Positions 26,685-39,754 of a stretch of DNA of 64,000 nucleotides are shown here, piece by piece. The position numbers and the translations under genes were made by a program. Within the stretch, counting starts at the first letter, position 1. Each line of letters opens with the position of its first letter. The stretch is from positions 110,052,001 to 110,116,000 of the forward strand of contig NC_087437.1 in assembly GCF_036321535.1 (NCBI RefSeq), given 5' to 3'. Source of the stretch: Camelus dromedarius (Eukaryota). Under the pieces are notes generated by a model. The model was given only the letters and a program-made list of their open reading frames with translations, ran no database searches and was not told where the DNA came from.

Positions 26685-26909
26685 CAAAAGTAAGTCCAAA
26701 AATATCAGAAGTGAAAAGAAGTAAAATGTAGGCCATTTTCCAGAACAGTTGAGTATATCCAGGTAGAGCTTTCAAAACCTTCACCAGAAACATGAATGTC
26801 TGTTGGTGCAAAGAGTTTCAAGTACATAGTGATAACTTCTTTGAAGAAAAGTATTAAATAATGAAAAATTAGTTAAACATTCTGAGTTTCAAAATAATGA
26901 TCAGATCTT

Positions 26910-27083
26910 TCAGAACAATCCAGATGACCAGTATCTTCCATAGAAAGATGGATGGAAGTAGCCACAGCCATAACCACCATAGCCTCCAAGACCAAAGCTA
27001 GAACCATAGCCATAAACCAGGCCACCAAGACCACCAAGGCCATAGCCAAGGCCGCCATAGTAGTTGCCGGAGTAGTAGCTCAT
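26910..27083 (-). CDS. HGT keratin-associated protein, 57 aa (KRTAP36/KRTAP19-like)
   Basis: [61 protein letters not shown] at 27167-27161, tgtggt at 27183-27188. Confidence 0.93.
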   Translation of the reverse strand: MSYYSGNYYGGLGYGLGGLGGLVYGYGSSFGLGGYGGYGCGYFHPSFYGRYWSSGLF

Positions 27084-28304
27084 TGTGTCAGGGGTTGAAG
27101 ATTTGGTTGGATGGTGAAGGTGAGGTTCTCGAGAATGAATATTACCACCTGCACCCGACCTTTTATATTCCTTCATTGTGGGTGTGGTCCTCTCCATAGA
27201 TGTTTCTCATTCCTATTTCTTTTCACAAATGCACAAAACAGCCCAACTATAACTTTGCCTTACGATTTTAAAAGTTTTAATACTAGTCACGCATAATTCT
27301 ATTTACATATTTGCTTTATCTGTGCTTCTTACAGCCAGAGTCTTTTAATAGAAGGCAATTACTATCAAGTCTTCAAAGCCTATGGCTATACTTAAGCCAA
27401 CTAGGCTGCTAGGTGCAATCTACCCTACTGCATCATATCTAATTTTTCTAGTCTTTGGCTCTTATTTTCTTGTTTTAGAAAGAGCCAGAGCTTTCCTCCT
27501 AAGCCAGAAGTTTATGTTTTTCTGTTTGCTTCTTGGAATGAGTTTGAAGGTGTTAGAACACATTGATTGAGAGCCCCATATATGGAACCATTCAGGCCTT
27601 TAGTTCAAATCTTGGTTCTATCCATCACACATGGTGTGGGCTTGCATTTCTCAGTTTCTTAAAAATATCAATTTTCACGTATGCACAAAGAGAATAATAA
27701 TTTCCATCTTTGTTTTTGACCTTTACGGCAACGTCTTTGTCATTTTGGGAAAAATGTAAGCTTAATTAGTTCTGAAATATTTGAATTATAATAAGATTGT
27801 AGAGCTTTAAGAAAGGCAACATCTTACAAGGAAGCTTGATTTAAGTCTTTTATAAGGACTCATTTATAAGAAATCTAATTCAAAAGTAGGTCTATTGTTT
27901 ACTGTAAAAATATTGGTAAAACTTTAGTGAAATAATTCCATTGAGAGAAATAAATAAAATTTAAACCACATTTGCTATGTCAGTAAAGTAATTTTATTGG
28001 AAACATGCACAAATATTTTCTCCGTGGAATAAGGAAGTTAGTACAGTGTTGATAATGTGGCAATGATAAAAGAAATTCCCTCTAGAGGGTTGAAATTCTA
28101 AATCAGAGAAATAGGTCTTCTTATTTCAGCTTGGTCCTGAGTATGCAGTCTGCAGTATGATTGCTTCATTTGTGGTCCATGCGAGGCTATCAGGAGAGCA
28201 ATTTCAATAAAGAGGTCAAGCCTATTCATAATTTTGATGACACTAAAGGAACAACAAAAGAAATAGACTACAATAAGGAAGGTCCAAAGACTGAGAGAAT
28301 AATA

Positions 28305-28465
28305 TATTTTGAATGGAAGGTAAAGAAACAACTTCTTCCAGAGAAAGAAAGTAGTTGGTGATCGTAGCCTGAATCATCAAATCTACCCAATTTTAAACCC
28401 GGGCAACTAATTCATTAAGACCAGTCACAGCCTGGCCTGCCATAGTTGTTATGGTAGTAGCTCAC
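28305..28465 (-). pseudogene. HGT-KRTAP pseudogene (ATG>GTG, early stops)
   Basis: GTG AGC TAC TAC CAT AAC AAC TAT GGC AGG CCA GGC TGT GAC TGG TCT TAA; degraded SFSGRSCF tail; SINE inserted in the 5'UTR; 3' boundary approximate. Confidence 0.65.
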
Positions 28466-28479
28466 AGGAAGTAGAAATC

Positions 28480-28638
28480 TTTTTTGTACATTTGTTTTTA
28501 TCTTTGTTTTCTGGAGGAAGGTAATAAGATTTGTTTATTTATTTGTTCATTTATTTTCATTGGAGATCCCGGGGATTGAATCCAGGACCCCATGCATGCT
28601 AAATATGTACTCTACCACTGAGCTATACACACTCCCTC
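28480..28638 (-). mobile_element. tRNA-derived SINE (camelid Vic-1-like)
   Basis: Minus strand gggagtgtgtatagctcagtggtagag (A box) ... cctggattcaatcccc (B box), A-rich tail, TSD TAGAAATC (28472-28479 and 28639-28646). Confidence 0.85.
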
Positions 28639-29903
28639 TAGAAATCACTTTTGTTGGTAGAGGTGCACCTTCTGAACTCGAAGGAGACCATCAAAAAAGG
28701 GATATCTATAACCCATGCTTGAGAATATTAGCCAGCATTACCCAGCATTTTAAATTAATTTCCTAAGAAAAAAGTACAAAAAAAATTTAGCTGCATTATA
28801 ACTTCAAGCTAGGTTTAAATTTTATTATAGTTTATTTTACTTAATGCTTTTCATAACTGACATTCCCCAGTCCCAGATTCCATCTCTTGCTACTGCTGTA
28901 CCCTTGTTAGTTGACCTTGAGGAAGTACTTAACTTATTTTTATTTTCTTATTTCTATGTTGATAATATATTTTCTGAAAGACTAGGTTGTTAAACATTTA
29001 GTTAAATAAAATGAATTCTTAATAATTAGAAGGAAGGAATAGTTTCCCTAAGAGGGAAAGCAACATATTTATGAATTTTCTATAGAAGGATACACCTGCA
29101 ATGAATTTGACCTTACTTGATAGCAATTATGTCCTACAGAATTTCAAAAAGTATGACGTGAGGGCAGGGCTCTTCATAAAGTCCTAGGACCAGTGAAAAA
29201 TCTGCATTAGTCAAAATGGCCAAAATAACAAATTGTATAACAATGTTTTCTTTGAGTTAGTTCCAGAGTTTGCAATTTTGTGCAATTTATAGACAGGAAG
29301 AAGAAATTATGGAGACATAAGTCACAGTAGTGAAAATCAGGGAAAGTAACTAAATTTAGATTTTAAGGCGTTTTCCAAGCCCCAAATCCAAAATTAGAAT
29401 ATCCGTCAAGAGTGTGAGAAGAATGAGCTCTCTTTCTAGAAAGCATCTTAGCTAAATTATTGTGAGAATAATTTCTAAAGAATTCTTCTTAAGAAAATGT
29501 ATCCCAGAGTGAAAAAAAAATTGTTCACTATGAAAATACATAGCTTGGATATTGCAAAATTTACCTAAAACATGGTCATCTTAATGTATGGACAAGAAAC
29601 CAAATTTACAATAGCACTAAAATAAACTTATAGAAAATATAATCAGGATTATTACCATAAATCAGGAAGTTAGCACTATGTTAATGAGCTATAGTCATGA
29701 GAGAAATCAGTCCTTAATATTGAAGCTAGTTCCAAAGTATGGGTTTTTTGTTGGGTTTTTACCTTTTGTAGCCAAAGGTGGGCTTCAAATAAAGTAGTTT
29801 AAACTAATTAGCACCAAAATGAAAATAACATTGACAAGACTGAATAACTCAGTAGAATAAATAAGATTGTGGCAATGATATAAAAGAGCTGATTTTCTTA
29901 ATA

Positions 29904-29984
29904 TCAAGTAGAAAGGACAAGTATCTTTTGTAGAAAGAGGGACAGTGGAAGCCACAGCCATAACCATGATGGCCATCAATTCAT
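29904..29984 (-). pseudogene. Internally deleted HGT-KRTAP pseudogene
   Basis: ACA-ATG AAT TGA; another frame reads GHHGYGCGFHCPSFYKRYLS; TATAAAAA kept at 30071-30064. Confidence 0.75.
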
Positions 29985-30194
29985 TGTTAGGGGCAGAGAC
30001 AGACACAAGACTCAGGCTACTATAGACTTACAGAAGTTTGTAAGTCCACCACTTACATAGGGCTTTTTATATTATCTCAAGGGTGGGAGTAGCCAACTCC
30101 ATATCTAGAAATTCTTATTGAATTGGAATTGGCTCAAAGCTTTTGAAAGCTCCCCAATTATTTAACTCAAAATGGCTTTCATTAAGTTATCCTA

Positions 30195-30630
30195 CATTTA
30201 TTTTGTTGTATAGACTTATGAGTTTTTGTACATGTGTATATTTGTGTAATCACAACCAAAATAAGGATACAGAATAGTTCCATCAGGCCCCAAACTCCCT
30301 TTTGCTATCACTTTATAGTGGCATCATCTTCCTGCCCATAATCCTTGTCAACTGCTAATCTGTTCATTATCACCATAGCTTTTATATTTTCAAACTATCA
30401 AATAAGAGGAATCATATGCTGTGCAATTTTTAAGACTGGCTTTTCTCACTCAGAATTATGTCTGAGTTTTGTATAATTCCTTGAAATTATTAATTTTCTT
30501 TCTTTTTTACTGTGAGTAGAATTCTACTATACATATGTGACACAGCTTGTTTACCATTTGAAGGATATTTAGGTTATTCTATCTTTGGGCTACCAAAAAC
30601 AAAGCTATTATGAATATGTGTGTACCTAAG
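30195..30630 (-). mobile_element. Old L1 3' fragment (L1MB/ME-like)
   Basis: aggatacagaatagttccatca, ggcttttctcactcagaat, aaagctattatgaatat. Confidence 0.7.
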
Positions 30631-31769
30631 TTACTTTTAAATATTTTTAAACACCAAACTTACCCTCACTAGAAAAAAACATAGCCTCATTACTGAAAGC
30701 AATTTCAAAATTGTACCAAAACTATGATTATCAAAAAAATAAATAAATAAAATCACTTGCTACATATCTATTTAGCATCTGAAAGTGAAAACCTTATTCA
30801 GAAGAATATAAATTTGTAGGTATTTGTAATGCCACTGTTAATATAACTTTAGAGTCTAATCTTGTATACCAAATGGGACTTTTGGCTGCAGCAAAAATGG
30901 TTGCATGCTGGTTCTATCAATGAACTCTTGCTTGGATTTTATAAATTACACATGTATTCTTTTTTTGATGATTTCCAACATTACTGTCTGATGCCAGAGT
31001 AGCTTCCTTTCCTTTAGTGCTGTTATCAGAGCAGCCAGATAACTAAAATCAACAGTCTCTTACCTATTAGATTCCACAGATAGGAGTCAGATCCTTGCCT
31101 ATTGTGCACTGAAGAAGAAGAACATAATGCATTATGAGTGACCGATTCTGCTCATTCAACTAAAGCAGAGAGAATACTCCCCTTCAGGATGAGCACTCAC
31201 AGGACACTAACGTATTTTTTCAAAACTAAGTAATCTTTGCAAAATCCACATTCACACTTTCAAACCATCTCTATTTTACCTATTGTTTGTTGAGTCATTT
31301 GACTGATTCTTCGGCACTAACTTTGACATTTCTGATATATATTTGAAATATCACATTCATTTGATGTCAGTCCTTCAATAGAAATTCTTAGTCTAACAAT
31401 TCTATTGTACAAGTTTGGCATCAGCAGTTACATTCACAGTCACCCAGGGCTCCATCTGTAGCCAGCAAAGAAGTGGCCCAGGTCTCTGAACTTTCAAATC
31501 TACAGCCTAAGAAGCTACAATCATTACTCGTAGGAGCTCATTCTGTCAGGAGTGAAAAATGAAAATAATTCATGAAATAAATGAGTGGAAGCAAAAATCC
31601 TTATTTTTTTGCATTTTTTAAATTAAGGGTCTTATTAAAGAAATGAAACCTAATGATCATTCATTGCTAAGTCCTACAAACATCACATTTTTAAAAAAAT
31701 AAAACAACTCATTTTTATGATTACAACCAACTCCAGTTAACTGTTAAAACCATATGAAATTGGCATTAA

Positions 31770-31865
31770 ACACAATTTGCAGAGGAAAAAATGAAAGCAT
31801 ATAGAGATTAACTTGCTCAAGTTCATAGTTAGGGAGTAGTGGAGCTAAAACTCAAACCCAAGAAA
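31770..31865. mobile_element. MIR fragment
   Basis: MIR core-like sequence agaggaaaaaatgaaagcat..acttgctcaagttcatag..ggagctaaaactcaaaccca. Confidence 0.55.
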
Positions 31866-32078
31866 CTTTAAAGCCAAATCTTTGAGATAAAAGTGCTGAA
31901 CTATTTTTTCCTAGTTGTGAAGCACAAGTAAAGGATGTCTGAAGACGTGATATAAGCACAACTGACTTGTAGCTGTTGAATATTTGGATCTGTCAGGCTA
32001 ATGGTGACCTAGTAGTCTGGAGCCTACTCTGTCAACTCTGCTTCTGGTACCCAGTTATTGGGTAGTCAAGACAGACGT

Positions 32079-32204
32079 TCGGCAGAAGCCAGAGAATTAA
32101 CAACAAAATGGATGATAGCCACCATATACCAGTCCCTGGAAGCTGCCTCATCCACATCTACACTTACAGCCCAGAATTCCTTAGTAATTTCTATTGCAGC
32201 TCAT
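32079..32204 (-). pseudogene. HGT-KRTAP pseudogene with three in-frame stops
   Basis: MSCNRNY*GILGCKCRCG*GSFQGLVYGGYHPFCC*FSGFCR; the ancestral TAC TGA end now reads TGC CGA. Confidence 0.75.
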
Positions 32205-34164
32205 GCTGTTAGGAGCTAAGGATTTAGATTATAGATAGGGCAGTCTGCATTGTAATTACCTATATGGTAACTTTCATATCCCTCTAAGAGTGGAGATTAA
32301 GGATCCATGAAGATATGTCACATTCTCCCTCCAGATAAAAATTGTACAAACAAATCAATAAAACCATTTCTTCCATACTTGAGATCTGAACATGCTTTTA
32401 AAGGATTCTATTAGTTTTCTTTCTGTTTAGCTTGCATTCTTCAAAACAAGTCTGTGGCTATGGTGAGAAATGATAATTACACTCTTAAAGAGCTCTTTTT
32501 TTTACATTTAATTTTTAAGATAGGTTTTATAACATAAAGTAATTCTCTTATAAAATAAGCTAACACTTTCTACCCATAAATTATATTACCTGGTTAAAAT
32601 ATTTTTAATTGCATGTATCTACAACATTTTCTTTGTATTATTAAATAAAAAGCATAAAATTCACTCAGAAAAATGATGCAAAATCATGATACCTCTTTAT
32701 ACAACTGGTGAAATGTATCAATCTCCAAATTTCCTTTAATGGTCATTTAGCTGTTTCTAAGAAGCATAATTATTATATTATCAATTTTTTCTAATGTAAA
32801 AATATAAATAAATGATAAAGCATGCAAACTAACAGGGCTTGAATAACAGGAAAAATTCAAATGATTTAAAAATGTTTGTGAAACAGGGGATCCATGAATA
32901 ACATTACAGTTCTTAGGCATATTCAAATATCCTTAATAATGAGAACATTTACAAAATTGTTTATCCCTTTGCTTCTAGCTTTCTTGAGTGAACAAAAAAT
33001 AACTTAAAGGGTTTTTTTTTTTTGGCTCTAAATTTTTTAGGTTGTGTTTTCTTTAACATAAGGAAATCTAAGAGTTTAATCTATGAAATGGTAAATCTGT
33101 GGGAATAGTGGCTCTAATTGTTAGACTGATGAAACTGTTGAGCATATTAACAATCAAGAACACCAACGTTCTTGGTGTGGAAGTGGAAGGAGGAGACTGT
33201 TTTGATCAAATGTTATGGCAGGATGGTTCTTCAGCGATTCTTCGATAATCAAGCATATATCCAGTGGGATTTGTTCAAAGGAAGAGTTGCTTAGGTCCTT
33301 GGAGACCAATGCTTCCCATCTCCCTTATTTCACTTCAAATCCTCAAAAGACTAACTGATATTTTTAATTACCTGAATTTTCCTAGAGGATCATAGAATGA
33401 CACAACTAAAAAGAAGCATTGTTATTATTTATTCCAGTTTTTAAATTTTACAAATCTTGTAAATGGCATTTAAGTGAGAAAAAGCACTAAGATGTCTTGC
33501 ATAAAGGTCCACATTGTGGCTCTACCTAAACATTTTCTGCTGAAAATCAAAGGATAAGTTGAGAAATTCTTTTGGAAATGGGGAAAGCATAACTTTGATG
33601 AGACATAATGTTCATTTTGTTATTTCTATGAGCAGACATTTGAAGAAAGCCTGAAGTAAGCTTTTGGGAAGATTAGGTTTGTCTGAGGTGAAAAGAAAGA
33701 TGTGGAGAAAAACATACATAATATGAAAGAGCTAAAATCTCTTTTGCAATGAAAATATTGGGAAAGATCTTAATTTACATGGTTAATTTAAACAGATAGT
33801 GAAAAATCGCAAACCAGTTCTCTGAAATCAGTTATGAGCTGCCTTGGGCTAATGCTTTTGCTTTGGTTGATGATGCTGTTTGGCTGTACATATTTATGAG
33901 AGGCTATAAATTAAACTGCAAGCTCCTTAATGGGCAGTTATAAATCACTGTCTAATTGTCAGTTTAAACACAATCCATTCTAAAGCAAAGTCATCATTTT
34001 CTCTTCTTAAATCTCTTTCAGTTATAGGAAGAGATGCTTAGAATTATGGGAAGAATTTTAAGACTGAAATAAAAAATATTATGCTCAATTATCTCTTTCT
34101 GTTCAATCACTTATTAATCATAAGAGCTAAATAAAGTGGTATTAAACACAAAATATTGATCACT

Positions 34165-34668
34165 ATTCTTGGTTGAACTTTGCCTCCCTCCAAAGATATA
34201 GTCAAGACCTACCCTGCCCCCTCATATCTGTAGATACGACTTTATTTGAAAATTGGGTCTTTTGCAGATTTAACCAAGTTGAGATGAGGTCAAGATCATT
34301 AGGATAGGCCCTAATTTGATATGATTATTCAACAAGACTAATGTCTCTATAAGAAGGGGAAACTTGGACACAGACAGACATTCACAGAAAAAGATGTAGA
34401 AACACAAAGGGAGATAACCATGATGATGAACAGAGAAACTGGAGTTACACAGCTGCAAACCCAGGAATACCAAGGATTCCCAGCACATCACCAGAAGTTG
34501 GGAAGAGGCAAGAAAGGATTCTCCTGCAGGTTTCAGAGGGAGTGTTATCTTGTTGATGCCTTGATTTTAGACTTCTAGCCTCCAAAACTGCTAAACAAAT
34601 TTCTCTTGTTTTAAGACACCCAGTTGGTTGCACTTTTTTTTTTACAGCAGCCTTAGGAAGTTAATACA
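34165..34668 (+). mobile_element. MaLR MLT1 LTR
   Basis: ttatttgaaaattgggtctttgcagat, gacttctagcctccaaaactg, ends acagcagccttaggaagttaataca. Confidence 0.85.
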
Positions 34669-35521
34669 ATCACCTACTGTGCCTTATACACCATAATATG
34701 CTAATTTGTTTGCATAGTATGTGTGTAGTGGAGGGTAATTTTATTTTACGACAGTTTTTTTTTAAAGTAAAAATTATCATCAGATTTAATTGATTAAAAA
34801 TGTATTGAAGTGAATAAACTTGCCTTATGCAGTTAGTCATTAGCAGAGGGAATATAATCCCAGTCTCTGCCTCACAAATCCATATTTTCCCAGTATTCTA
34901 ACTACTTTTTAGAGTTGTTTGAAGACTTATCATACTTTTAAAAAGAAAATTTTTATACTCTATTTACTATGTTTTTGAGTATTATGAAAATTAAATGATA
35001 AAAATATATATTTAAATGCAAATTATCTTACACATAGAAGTTCAAAAGTTTTAATTGCCTCCCTCATTACTCATTAATTAGTTCTGTTTATTCAACAGAT
35101 ACTTATTGAGCTCATGTTACATGCCAGGCATAGTTCTGGAAGCCTGTTCATTCAAGGTTCAGAGCAGCTCAACCTCAAATGTACTTGCAAAGGGCTTCCC
35201 TTTAGTCATTGGCTTTCCTTTAGTTCAATCATCTTTCAACTAACTATATATACATCTTCAAGTAAATAAAGACCAATAATGTCTCTCATCATTCTCCTTC
35301 TATTATGGCTCATGAGAAGGAAAAAACAGAGTCATCCATTATAAACAGTCTATGAAAACCTTTTTCAAGTCAGTGTCCCCCCCCCTTCTTGCTGCACTCT
35401 AAGTTAATTCCAGTGGTCAGAGCAGAATCCAGATTCTGATGAAAGTAGACATAAAAGAAGAACAAACAGTAGGGTTGTGTTAAGAATCCTAAAGTCCCAA
35501 AGCACCAGTCTTTCCTCCTTT

Positions 35522-35671
35522 TCAATAAAAGCCAGAGACTCTCTGTCTTTCATAGCACATGGGTGGCAGCCGGTATTTCTGTAGTCTCCCTAGTCAGAAC
35601 ACAGCCCCTAAACCACCACAGCCACAGCCACAGCCCAGGCCACCATAGCTGTTGCCATAGTAGTAGCTCGT
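35522..35671 (-). pseudogene. HGT-KRTAP pseudogene (ATG>ACG, internal stop, TATA mutated)
   Basis: TSYYYGNSYGGLGCGCGCGGLGAVF*LGRLQKYRLPPMCYERQRVSGFY*; the TATA position reads TACGTAA near 35750-35756. Confidence 0.85.
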
Positions 35672-36024
35672 AGTGTCAGGAGTTGGGGACTTTTTTTGTT
35701 AGGAAAGTGTGTTTCCCAGATGTAAATGTTACTATCTGCCTAGAGACCCTTACGTACTTCAGAAAAGGTTGTGACAACAAAAACAGACTTGCATAATCCT
35801 CACTCCATGGCCTCAGTGATATGAAAGAAAATCTCATTAATCTTTTTGTCTTCTAAATTCAGGACTGTTGGTACAGATTCCAGTGAAGTGTTCTTTATCA
35901 ATGTTGACAATGAGTATGGTGTCATCAAAGACTACACATGAGATGACTGCTGTCTATAAAAACCTCTAGCCAGGCATCATAACATCCTATTGCTATTCAG
36001 AGTAATGGGAAGATATGCAAGCAA

Positions 36025-36500
36025 CCTAAGACATGAAGCAATCTAAATGTCCATCGACATATGACTGGATAAAGAAGTTGTGGTATATTTATACAATGGA
36101 ATACTACTCAGTCATAAAAAAGAATAAAATAATGCCATTTGTAGCAACACAGATGTACCTGGATTTTGTCATTCTAAGTGAAGTAAATCAGAAAGAGAAA
36201 GAAAAATACCACATGATATCACTCATATGTGGAATTTAAAAAAAAAAAGAAAAAGAAAAAAGAGGGCACTAATAAACTCATCTACAAAACAGAAACAGAC
36301 TTGCAGACATAGTAAACAATCTTATGGTTACTGGGGGAAATGGGGTGGGAAGGGATAAATTTGGATGTTTGAGATTTGCAAATGTTAGCCACTATATATA
36401 AAAATAGATTAAAATTTTTTCTTCTGTATAGCATGAGGAACTATATTTAATACCTTATAACAACTTTTAATGAAAAATAATATGAAAACACACACACACA

Positions 36501-36541
<41 letters not shown>

Positions 36542-36625
36542 GCATGACTTGGAAATTATGCTGTATACCAAAAATTGACACATTGTAACTGACTATATTT
36601 CAATAAAAAAAATCTTAAATAAAAT
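36025..36625 (+). mobile_element. L1 3' end with internal (CA)n
   Basis: ORF 36033-36239 is the L1 ORF2 C-terminus (KCPSTYDWIKKLWYIYTMEYYS); 3'UTR and A tail follow. Confidence 0.92.
36489..36536. repeat. (CA)n microsatellite
   Basis: About 24 CA units with one TA interruption. Confidence 0.9.
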
Positions 36626-39600
36626 AATGGGTACACTCTTCACTGAATGATATCAATATCATGGCTGATTTTCCAGTTTTTAAGACTGAAAAAATACTGA
36701 TGATGCTTCTTCAAAATGTCCCACTTCACTCTACTCCACTGAGATTTTGAACAATTTCTTTTCCTACTAAAATTGAGTTGTTTAAAAGTTCGGCCAAAAT
36801 GAATTTTCTCCTCTTTTTATTAAAGAAATTGTGATTTTTTTCCCAATACACTTAATAGTATTTTCCCAAAGGACTGACAGTGAATTTAGCATTGAATGTC
36901 CATTTAATTTATGTGATATAAAAATTCAGCACAATTTCTTCTTTGGCACTTGGTCTTGAGTTCCCAAAATCACCAGCAAAGGAAACAATGATAAAAAATG
37001 TCCTAAGACATGGCTCTTGCTTTGATTCTTTAGGAAAATATAACTGGAACGGTATGTCCATTTACCTTTGTGTACTATTTATCTGGGACCTGTTGGATTT
37101 GGTTGTGTCAAAGGAAATAGAAGTCAGTGAAATAGATTCAGTGTCACTGAGGATAATTAGGCGTTCTCTGCCAGTTGTCTACTGATTGGACCACAGCTCT
37201 AAGATGCATCTTATAATAAAACCATCAACAGGACAAGGGCTTGAATTATTTAGTGGATATTAATTATTAGCACTAGAAAGGTAGCACAAAACAACAGTTT
37301 CATTGCTGATGGGTCAACAGGAATCATTTTTACATTCAAATCACAAAATGTGAATTTAAACGATGCATCAATTATTTCTCAAATGCAGTGAATGTTCGTT
37401 ATTCCTTACATGGTAGAAGTTTCAGTATTACAAAGCTTCATCTGTCTAAAACATCTGCAAGTAAGCCCTCAAACCTTTGACCTTTTAATCCTCCAATGTG
37501 AAATGTCCTGAAAAGACACCAATTATATCACTTCCTGCTGGAACTTGCAGACACAGGATTAACCCAAAGTGAAACACGTTTGATAAAGAGCAAATTTCTT
37601 TGACCTACTAGGAAATTTACAGATCAGAATTTACATTGTTAAAGGTAATGAAATCTTATTTGGAAGATATACTTAGTACAACTTTTTTTAACAGCTGTGT
37701 ATTTTTCTGAGTAACTTACACCAAAAAGTCTTTTGGAAAATAATTTATTTACAAAAATTAGTAATTTGGAAACACTTTCACATGCGTATCTTCCTCTGAT
37801 AGGAAAAGTTCCTATCAACAACTCTTTCATTTTTGTTGAGAAATATTATTTTCTTCATTTTATGTGTACTTTGCTTTTGAAAGTAGAATTTTGCAATTTC
37901 ATAATCACTTATGAAAGGCTAAGAGTTTTTCTCAAAGTCCTATCAGCAAATAAAGAGGCTTTAGTGTGATTCATATCACTTCACTCCTAATTCAAATTAT
38001 CTGAAGAGAATGTATAAAAAAAATCAACTTTAAAGCATTTTTTAAAAAGTTAAAAATACAATTTGGTTTCTAAAGAGAATTTGGAACTCAGTTGTCAATG
38101 CCTTGCTAATTTTTCAGCTAGTATTTTAGTTCTGTCATTGGAGGTAGCAATCTGTCCTAATCAGTAACTTAGTTAGATGGCAAAATTTTATTATATTATT
38201 TTTGTCCTTTAACACGTATTCATTAAGCATTACTCTATGTTGGGTAGTGTCTTAATACAAGAGGTTCAAACAGACCCTGACCTCAAAGCCTGTACTAAAA
38301 TAGAGATACTAATTGTCTGTACCACCAACCCACAAATACTTTGATGGACACTAACAAGAATGTTCCATATTTCTTGAATCCAGCAAATAAATATGGAATG
38401 GTTCATTTTAGATCCAAATCAACCTTCTTAATAAAAAAGGGACAATTTTATTTTATAGCAATTTGACACGTTTAACTACTGATGTAAAAAGCAGCATACA
38501 CTTTTCAGCATCTGAAGGTTTAGAGAAAGGGCTTGTTTATTTTATTAAAGGTGATTTCCTTATTTTTGTACTTGAAAGGAAATGATCAGCAGTAACATGA
38601 AGTCTGGTTGATGAATGATAAATTTTTTTGCCAGTTTTATTTTATTTTACCAAAAAATTTTAAAACTAAATGATTTGCAAGTTTACCTAGAACCTAGTTT
38701 CCCAATAAGCATGTGTATGTTAAAATTAAGTATCAGACAGTTGCCTCCAAAAGCTCATCAAATGACATTGTAGGAAAACAGAGTTAAACAGGAAACCATG
38801 ATATAAACTGAACAGTGTTGTTCTCATCTTTATTGAAAACTTGTTAGAAATAAACACATCATGAACTATGCAGAGCACTATGATGAGAAACCTCAGCTCA
38901 TTATTTTGTCTTTTAATATAATCATTAGATCTCCCCATATCTTCTTCCACATGTACAAAGTCCTTGTACTAACTTTTAGATAACATACTCTTGAGAGCAC
39001 AAAGCATCTGCATCTAAACCAGAAAAACTTTGTTTGCTGAGAAGAGGGAGGGAGTAGAAAGTGGTATCAGGCATTGCTATAACATAAGAAATTGAAGAGA
39101 CCTTGGAAACCATCTAAAACAGTGATTTTCCAAGGAAGTTTTTGTCTAACAGAAAGTCTGAGAATCTAAACAAACCTATTTCACTACAGTTGTTTTAAAT
39201 TCAGAAAGTCCTCAAGCTTACTTTTGAGAAAAAAATTACCATGGAATTTCAATAAATATATTTAATAACAGTGCTTATATCGATGACTTTCAAAAGGCTT
39301 CTCTAAATATCAGCTCTATCAATTTAATTATTTATTGGATATCTCCCATTTGAATTGCACTCAAATTCCATACTTAGTGGTAAACTCATTTTTTTTGCAA
39401 ACCACTTCTTTTCTGTATATCAGTCACTCAAGCTATGTACCAGAGTATGACCTTCGAACCCTCTCTCATATTTCATGAGTATCTCCCCCACTCAGTGCAC
39501 ATTGCACTATACCAAATCAACCATGTAAATAATATTTTATTACTGTTCATAATTCTGTTCACTGTTATCACTTAATTCAGTCCTCTACCACTTTCTCCTG

Positions 39601-39754
39601 GGTTAACATAAGAGCCGCCACCACTGGTCACACCACCCCAAGAGAAGGTCTTAATTTGGTCTGTTCTCCATATTGAGTCCATATGAACATTTTGAAACAC
39701 AAATCTGATTATTTTTTAGTCATTATGTCTAAGTCAAGATGTATCTTAGTTAAA

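Noticed and set aside
28560..28638. tRNA-like sequence
   Set aside because: It is the head of a SINE with an A-rich tail and TSD, not a tRNA gene
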